In this document: positions 28,871 through 33,735 of the stretch, piece after piece
How positions within the stretch are numbered: the first letter of the stretch is position 1
Layout: every line of letters begins with the position of its first letter
Assembly: GCA_017447005.1 (NCBI GenBank)
Contig: JAFSOM010000227.1
Coordinates: 1-33,735 of the forward strand
Direction of reading: 5' to 3'
DNA: 33,735 bases
Source of the DNA: Oscillibacter sp.
Lineage (GTDB): Bacteria; Bacillota; Clostridia; Oscillospirales; Oscillospiraceae
Notes under the pieces: model-generated
Database searches by the model: none
Seen by the model: the letters and a program-made list of their open reading frames with translations, nothing else
Told to the model about the DNA's origin: nothing
Translations under genes and position numbers: made by a program

Positions 28871-29183
28871 TGCAAATTGGGATTAAATGCGTTTCGGGTT
28901 GTTCCTGTTCGTCCGGTTCCTCGAGGGCGGCGGTTTCCTGTTTATCGTCGTGGAACGGCCAAACCTTATAACCGAGCCACGCAATCGCGAACCCGGCGAG
29001 TCCCCGGAGGATGTTATCAAACAGGATTGCGAACCACGAAAACCAACCGAACAATTCCTCGACGTGTTCCGTGTAACCCGGCTCCGGCTCCCCGGCGACC
29101 GACATAATAAACAACGCGCCCGTACAAATAAGGGCAAACCCGACGAGGGCGAGGACGATTGTTTGAATAACGTTTGTTTTCAT
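28863..29183 (-). CDS. Two-TM membrane protein
   Basis: 106 aa from MKTNV; two hydrophobic segments and an acidic tail. Confidence 0.6.
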   Translation of the reverse strand: MKTNVIQTIVLALVGFALICTGALFIMSVAGEPEPGYTEHVEELFGWFSWFAILFDNILRGLAGFAIAWLGYKVWPFHDDKQETAALEEPDEQEQPETHLIPICNE

Positions 29184-29262
29184 TGTCTTTGTCTTTAACC
29201 CCGTCCCGACCAACCCCGACAAAGCGGGGCGAGTCGGTCCGGGAACTGATTAACTTTTTAAC

Positions 29263-29778
29263 CTAAAACGGGAGAAAAGCGGACACGGGGCGAACTGTGC
29301 CCGCGTTGGACTTGCAGTAGTTGCACACGGCGCCGTAGTCGCCGTCAAAGACGAACGCGTAATAACTGTAATACTCGGGGTCCGGGTCCTCGTCCTCGGT
29401 CCACATCCAACGGGCGTCGCCTTTGTGGAGGGGCGTTCCGCCGACAACGTCGAGGGCGTCGTCGAGTCCTTGAAAACGGGCGTCGTAAATGTCGAGGACC
29501 TCGCGGCGGTCCGGGAGGTGGAATCCCTCGACGGCGAGATTCGCGACGGATGTTGACGGGGTGAACGCCTTTGCAAGTTCGACGGCCTTTTCCCAACGGA
29601 AATTGATTTCGCCGTCCACCTTGACGGGGTCCTTTGCTATAATGATTCCGTCGCCGTGTTTGTTGACGATTGCGACGAATTCGGCGGACGTCGGGTTCTC
29701 GACCTTGCGCCAATCCTCGAGGGATACGAATTCCCCGTTTGCGGGGTTCACGATGAAAATTGAAAATGCGTGTTTCAT
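29263..29778 (-). CDS. DGR target protein 2, stand-alone CLec-like domain in the early operon
   Basis: 171 aa; GFHLPDRRE, WMWT and C-terminal VRPVSAF; its 3' end carries VR2. Confidence 0.85.
   Translation of the reverse strand: MKHAFSIFIVNPANGEFVSLEDWRKVENPTSAEFVAIVNKHGDGIIIAKDPVKVDGEINFRWEKAVELAKAFTPSTSVANLAVEGFHLPDRREVLDIYDARFQGLDDALDVVGGTPLHKGDARWMWTEDEDPDPEYYSYYAFVFDGDYGAVCNYCKSNAGTVRPVSAFLPF
29276..29377 (-). repeat. DGR variable repeat VR2
   Basis: 88/102 identical to 1-102; mismatches only at codon positions 1-2. Confidence 0.85.
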
Positions 29779-29800
29779 AATGATTTGGGATTAAATGAGG

Positions 29801-30628
29801 TTATAAATCAATTTTGAAATAATCGGATAAGTATTGCCTCGCGTCGATTGCTAATTCCGGAAAGATACCCCCCCCTATTTTGAGGCGGTATTCCTCGAGG
29901 TTGTGGCAAAAGAATTGATAAAACATTGATTTGTAGACGTCCCCGTCAAAGGCCCGGCCCCTGTTCGGGTCGGCGGCGTAAAACCGTTTTTTCGCCTCGA
30001 TTACCTGTTTGAGGAGTTTAGGATATTTCTTGAAACCCTCCCGGCCGTTACCGGACGCAAGGGGACAACCGATGCAACCGAGGCGGCGTTCGACGTGGAA
30101 TTGACCGTTCTCGTCGTAATAGACCGGGGCGCATTTGATACCGCGTTCCTCGATGAACCGGGCGACGTCCTCGTCCGTCCATTCGAGAACCGGGAGATAT
30201 ACGCGGACTTTTTCCTTTGCGGAATAGACCCGGCAAATTTCGGGTTCGTGGTAACGTTGCGCCCGTTTAGTGGATTCGGCCCGGCGGATTCCCTGTATTG
30301 CGCGGTTATATACTTTGTATTCCTTGAGGACCTCGCAACAAAAGCGGGAAAACCGGGACGGCGTCCCCTTTTTTTCGACGAGTTGTAAGAATGTGAGTTT
30401 CGGTTTGAGGATTGTAACGCCCTGTTCCTTGCAATGCGTGATTGTTCCCGGAGGGTCGATTGTCGTATTCTTGTAAATCGCCTCGAAAGGGATTCCCGAC
30501 ATACGGGCGAGTTCGAGGATAACGTCGGAATCTTTCCCGCCGGAATACGACAACTCAATCGGGCCGTCGTCGGTCGGGATTGACCGCAACAGTTTGATTG
30601 CAAAATCGACTTTTCGTTCGAGGTTCAT
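29801..30628 (-). CDS. PAPS-reductase-family (PP-loop) protein
   Basis: SYSGGKDS PP-loop, RFCCEVLKE, GIRRAES..RA, RLGCIGCP. Confidence 0.88.
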   Translation of the reverse strand: MNLERKVDFAIKLLRSIPTDDGPIELSYSGGKDSDVILELARMSGIPFEAIYKNTTIDPPGTITHCKEQGVTILKPKLTFLQLVEKKGTPSRFSRFCCEVLKEYKVYNRAIQGIRRAESTKRAQRYHEPEICRVYSAKEKVRVYLPVLEWTDEDVARFIEERGIKCAPVYYDENGQFHVERRLGCIGCPLASGNGREGFKKYPKLLKQVIEAKKRFYAADPNRGRAFDGDVYKSMFYQFFCHNLEEYRLKIGGGIFPELAIDARQYLSDYFKIDL

Positions 30629-30638
30629 AATCCAATTG

Positions 30639-30670
30639 TTTGTGCGTTGTCAAAAAATTACATATATTTG
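30639..30670 (+). promoter_or_regulatory. Putative rightward Bacteroidota sigma-A promoter for the repressor cluster
   Basis: TTTG (30639-30642)-N20-TATATTTG (30663-30670); a second -7 box TACCTTTG at 30697-30704. Confidence 0.55.
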
Positions 30671-30728
30671 CCATTTACGGCGGGTTAAATTGTTCGTACC
30701 TTTGCGGTGTGGAATCGTTAACCGATTG

Positions 30729-30760
30729 CAAAACTAAACATATTGTTTGGAAATACCAAA
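30729..30760 (-). promoter_or_regulatory. Putative leftward early (lytic) promoter
   Basis: Minus-strand TTTG (30757-30760)-N20-TAGTTTTG (30729-30736); overlapped by inverted repeats AAACA-N3-TGTTT and TTTGG-N5-CCAAA. Confidence 0.6.
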
Positions 30761-30799
30761 TTTTCCGAACATTATTTTTGGAGAAATTTTACGCACAAA

Positions 30800-31243
30800 A
30801 TGGATATAATTAAAAATCAGCGAGTTGCGGAATTGGTCGCCGAATTGAAAAATCGGCACATTGTCCGGAATCAATCGCATTTTGCCGAGATAATCGGCTC
30901 CGACAAGGCGACTATTTCGGAAATTATCCGTGAACAAATCGAGGTTCCGAAAACTTTGTTCGGAAAAATCCTCGACAAATTCCCGTCGGTTTCCCGGGAA
31001 TGGTTGGAATCCGGAACCGGGCCGATGTTCCGGGCCGAGTTCGGCCCCACGCCGGGCGACCCGTTCCCCGTCCACGTCGAGGGCGATTACGCGAATTTCG
31101 GGAATCAAAAGGTTTCGATTATGTCTCCGGAGGTGATGTCGTACCTCCGGGAGGAACAACGACAATCGGCCGTTCATTTGACACAAATTGACCGACTGAT
31201 TGCGATAATTGAACATATAACCGGAACCCCGTTCGACAAATAG
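30800..31243 (+). CDS. CI-like XRE-family repressor (no peptidase domain)
   Basis: NQSHFAEIIGSDKATISEI HTH and VSREWLESGTGPM motif; divergent from the early operon; ATG 30800. Confidence 0.75.
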   Translation: MDIIKNQRVAELVAELKNRHIVRNQSHFAEIIGSDKATISEIIREQIEVPKTLFGKILDKFPSVSREWLESGTGPMFRAEFGPTPGDPFPVHVEGDYANFGNQKVSIMSPEVMSYLREEQRQSAVHLTQIDRLIAIIEHITGTPFDK

Positions 31244-31251
31244 TTCGTCAA

Positions 31252-31551
31252 ATGAAAAGAATTGCGATTTTGGCGGCCGTTCTCGGCGTTTTGACGTGTT
31301 GCCGGGGGAAATCCCCGTCGTGGGAGAAATCGGCCGAATACGGGCGTTTTTGTGCGTCCCTCGAGTCGTTACAGGCGGCGCGGGATTCCCTGTTCAATTT
31401 GTCGGAGTCCCTGTCGGCCGACGCCCCGGACGGCGAGGTCTTGCGCCTAATGGAGGAACGCCTCGCGGTCGAGGCGATAATCTGGCGCGTCAAACAGGAA
31501 TGCGACGAGGCCGAACGGATGTATTACCTCAAACAGGCGGCGAAACGATGA
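31252..31551 (+). CDS. Small lipoprotein
   Basis: Signal MKRIAILAAVLGVLTC-C (basic start, hydrophobic core, Cys); helical body. Confidence 0.65.
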   Translation: MKRIAILAAVLGVLTCCRGKSPSWEKSAEYGRFCASLESLQAARDSLFNLSESLSADAPDGEVLRLMEERLAVEAIIWRVKQECDEAERMYYLKQAAKR

Positions 31552-31871
31552 ACGCGGAACAGTTACACGCGGCCGACCCTGTGACGGTCCGATTCTTTGA
31601 GGCGTTCGCGGTCCTCGTTGCGGACGGCCGGACGACGGCGTCGGCGTTTTGCGTGGAGGCCGGGATTGACCGTCCGAATTTCCTAAAACAACGCCGTGAA
31701 CCGGGGCGGTCGATAATCCGCCCGGCGTGGTTGTCGCACCTTTGCCGGAAATACGGCGTTTCGCCGTCGTGGTTGCTTTTGGGAACGGGAACGATGTTCC
31801 GGACCAATTCGCACAAAAACCCCGTCAAATCGAACGGAAACGGCCCGGAATCGCACAATCCGGACCGATAA
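31548..31871 (+). CDS. Second XRE-like HTH protein
   Basis: ATG overlaps the lipoprotein stop; SAFCVEAGIDRPNF...YGVSPSWLLLGTGTMF. Confidence 0.7.
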   Translation: MNAEQLHAADPVTVRFFEAFAVLVADGRTTASAFCVEAGIDRPNFLKQRREPGRSIIRPAWLSHLCRKYGVSPSWLLLGTGTMFRTNSHKNPVKSNGNGPESHNPDR

Positions 31872-31890
31872 TCGCACACGGGGACGAATT

Positions 31891-31922
31891 AAGGCCGTCG
31901 CGCCTCGCGGCGGAACGGCCTT
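31891..31922 (+). terminator. Hairpin, probable terminator of the plus-strand cluster
   Basis: AAGGCCGT/ACGGCCTT outer stem with inner CGCG/CGCG; weak U-tract. Confidence 0.45.
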
Positions 31923-31971
31923 GCACAAAATTGGATGTCTTACAAAATCGTCTTGACGTCGCAAAGGTACG

Positions 31972-31998
31972 AAAAAACCCGCCTCCTCCGGCGGGTTT
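31972..31998 (-). terminator. Intrinsic terminator of the right-hand minus-strand operon
   Basis: AAACCCGCC-N6-GGCGGGTTT stem with a T6 run on the minus strand, just after the stop at 32001. Confidence 0.75.
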
Positions 31999-32000
31999 CC

Positions 32001-32225
32001 TTACAAATCGTTCGGGGCGTCGTCGATTCCCGAACAACAGGTATCCCACAACCCCGCGACCGACTCGTCGACGAGTTCCCCAATCTTGAACCCGGCCCGG
32101 CGGAGATACTTTATTTTGAGTTTGGTTTCCGGGGATACCCGGACGGTGAGGTTCACCCGGCCCGCGTCGGAGGGACGGCGGCCGGAACCCTCCCGGCGGC
32201 CGCCCCTGTTGGATGTCTTAATCAT
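32001..32225 (-). CDS. Small putative ribbon-helix-helix DNA-binding protein
   Basis: RGGRREGSGR basic motif followed by NLTVRVSPETK beta-strand/helix pattern. Confidence 0.6.
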   Translation of the reverse strand: MIKTSNRGGRREGSGRRPSDAGRVNLTVRVSPETKLKIKYLRRAGFKIGELVDESVAGLWDTCCSGIDDAPNDL

Positions 32226-32493
32226 TGTTGATAAATTCGATTATTTCCTCGAGGCCGGGCCACGCACAATCGAGGCCGTTTAAGATTTTCCCTATTGTGT
32301 ATTGCCGGAGGTCCTCCGGGTCGGTCGGGACAATGCCGTCGGCGGCGTAATTTTGGAGAACGGCCTTGTCGTCGTCCTTGAGGTCGAAATCGCGTTCGAT
32401 TTTCTCCCGGAGGGCGATAATCTTGTCGCGGTATTCAAAACACCTGTTGAGGAGGTTGTTTTTGTAAACGTCGGTGATTTTGCGGTTGTTCAT
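32218..32493 (-). CDS. Hypothetical protein
   Basis: 91 aa from MNNRK (ATG 32493). Confidence 0.6.
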   Translation of the reverse strand: MNNRKITDVYKNNLLNRCFEYRDKIIALREKIERDFDLKDDDKAVLQNYAADGIVPTDPEDLRQYTIGKILNGLDCAWPGLEEIIEFINND

Positions 32494-32534
32494 ATCTTGA
32501 TGTTTTAGGGGGCCGGAGGCCCGGCCCCGGGATG

Positions 32535-33044
32535 TTACTTTCGATTGCCTTTCCTGTATGTGAAAAACAGGCCGGGGAAATGTTCGTCGGCGTATTTGTG
32601 GAGGAAACGCGTTTTGTAATTGTCGGTATAATTGCGCTCCCGGCGGGCCTTGACCCACGCGTCCCACATTTCGTCCCATTTGGCCGAACGGTCGAGGTCG
32701 GCGTTGACTTTCTCGAATAAGGCCGCAATCCTTAACGGGTCGAGGATTCGGAACGCCTTATAAAGCGAATGAAAATGCGCCCCGGGTCCGTTGTTGATAA
32801 CGGCGATAATTCCGCCCGCCGGGGCGGGTTTCCTCGGGGTGTTATAACAGGCGGCCATTATTGGATGATACGAAACGATGAGGGTTCCGGAGAAATGCCG
32901 TCCGGAATACGCGACCGTCCCGTAAACCTTGAGTGTGAACGTTTCCGGGTCGTCGAGTTGGATTCCCTTTTCCACGTTCAACCCGGCCGATTCGAGGGTC
33001 TGTTTGAGGGCGAGGATTTGTTCAATTGTGAATGTCTTTTTCAT
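32535..33044 (-). CDS. Hypothetical protein
   Basis: 169-aa ORF with an A/C-rich leader. Confidence 0.65.
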   Translation of the reverse strand: MKKTFTIEQILALKQTLESAGLNVEKGIQLDDPETFTLKVYGTVAYSGRHFSGTLIVSYHPIMAACYNTPRKPAPAGGIIAVINNGPGAHFHSLYKAFRILDPLRIAALFEKVNADLDRSAKWDEMWDAWVKARRERNYTDNYKTRFLHKYADEHFPGLFFTYRKGNRK

Positions 33045-33094
33045 TGTGCGTTGTGTTTGAATGTGCGTTACCCAGGAACCGCCCGGGCGCGGTT

Positions 33095-33280
33095 TTAGTC
33101 GTTTTTGTGGTCCAATACTCGGACAATATATCCGGCGCGACCGTTACCGTTGTAGTAATTCCGGATTTCAAAGAAATATCCCTTGCGGGTTATTTCGCGG
33201 ATATATCCGAATAATTCGTCTTTCGTGCCGACCTCAAACGAGGTGTTCGCGATAATCTTGTACTTGAATGAGAGTTTCAT
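33095..33280 (-). CDS. Hypothetical protein
   Basis: 61-aa ORF between collinear genes. Confidence 0.55.
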   Translation of the reverse strand: MKLSFKYKIIANTSFEVGTKDELFGYIREITRKGYFFEIRNYYNGNGRAGYIVRVLDHKND

Positions 33281-33292
33281 TGTCTTATGTGT

Positions 33293-33601
33293 TTAGAGTT
33301 CAACGATACGGGTTGTTGTGGTTGCGGCGAGGCGGGCGCGGATTTCCTTGTAACATTTGGGGCCAAAGAAAAACAAACCTTGCGACATTGCCCCGTCGGA
33401 TTCTCCGACGATGTGTTTAACCTCGCGCACCTCGTCGGTATATTCGGCGGTGGTTAACATTTGAACACCTTTCATTGTTTTGGGGTTGAGTTTGCGGCCG
33501 CAACACTCGCAAGTGTTTTCCGTGTAACCGTTCCGGTTAATGCGGTCCCAATAATCGTCGGTGTGAAAACACGGGATAACCTTAATTGATTTCGTTTGCA
33601 T
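33293..33601 (-). CDS. Hypothetical protein with CECC motif
   Basis: 102 aa from MQTKS (ATG 33601), downstream of a consensus promoter. Confidence 0.6.
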   Translation of the reverse strand: MQTKSIKVIPCFHTDDYWDRINRNGYTENTCECCGRKLNPKTMKGVQMLTTAEYTDEVREVKHIVGESDGAMSQGLFFFGPKCYKEIRARLAATTTTRIVEL

Positions 33602-33640
33602 AATTCCAATTGTTTGTGCGTTGTTGTTATCTTTCGAGGG

Positions 33641-33672
33641 CAAAGGTAAAAACAATTTTTGATATTTGCAAA
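33641..33672 (-). promoter_or_regulatory. Bacteroidota sigma-A promoter for the small early-gene operon
   Basis: Minus-strand TTTG (33669-33672)-N20-TACCTTTG (33641-33648); palindrome ATTTGCAAAT (33664-33673) overlaps the -33 box. Confidence 0.7.
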
Positions 33673-33735
33673 TGCAACAATCAAAAATTTGCAAAAAGTT
33701 GGAAATTTTTTCGCCAACAATGGAAATTCCGGGGA

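Larger units (their letters stand above)
1..33735. mobile_element. Temperate tailed phage/prophage genome segment, probable Bacteroidota host
   Basis: Continuous phage modules (immunity, replication/recombination, packaging, head, tail); no host housekeeping genes; Bacteroidota-type promoters. Confidence 0.92.

Noticed and set aside
29311-29330. CNYC as a zinc-binding motif in target 2
   Set aside because: Both Cys codons (TGC) are at variable positions (GGC in VR1), so they are probably mutagenesis products.
29276-29377. Either copy being the DGR template repeat
   Set aside because: At 5 of 14 mismatches neither copy has A; of the rest, 6 have A in copy 1 and 3 in copy 2. Both copies are also coding.
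200-30500. Numerous plus-strand and alternative-frame ORFs in the track (e.g. 15104-16033, 26635-27849, 200-700, 319-885)
   Set aside because: Shadow ORFs overlapping well-supported minus-strand genes; Arg/Pro-rich or antisense-like composition, no motifs.
21379-33694. Extended N-termini in the track (21624, 23283, 28473, 29222, 30743, 31296, 32679, 33694)
   Set aside because: They overlap upstream genes, hairpins or promoters; downstream ATGs with coupled overlaps or A-rich leaders fit better.
1-33735. Reverse transcriptase, integrase, endolysin/holin, tRNA or rRNA genes
   Set aside because: No recognisable motifs found by eye; if present they lie outside the window.

Overview
The window is most of a temperate siphovirus-like (pro)phage genome. 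Its TTTG-N20-TAnnTTTG promoters and A-rich leaders without Shine-Dalgarno sites point to a Bacteroidota host. Almost all genes are on the minus strand. From right to left it carries: small early genes (33601-32001); a short plus-strand immunity cluster (two XRE-HTH proteins and a lipoprotein, 30800-31871); an early/replication operon (PAPS-reductase-family protein, HTH regulators, Rad50-like ATPase, RecT, MBL nuclease, initiator with iterons, DNA methyltransferase, VRR-NUC); then terminase, tail genes, tape measure, ClpP-type protease/scaffold, capsid, tail tube, portal and fibre genes. The main observation is a pair of ~102-nt repeats (1-102 and 29276-29377) ending two different genes 29 kb apart. 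Their 14 mismatches all fall at codon positions 1-2, the pattern of diversity-generating retroelement (DGR) variable repeats. One target is a virion fibre/adhesin-type gene cut by the left edge. The other is a small stand-alone gene in the early operon, suggesting one DGR diversifies both a receptor-binding protein and a non-structural early protein. The template repeat, reverse transcriptase, integrase and lysis genes were not seen in the window. All product calls come from motif recognition by eye, not database searches.
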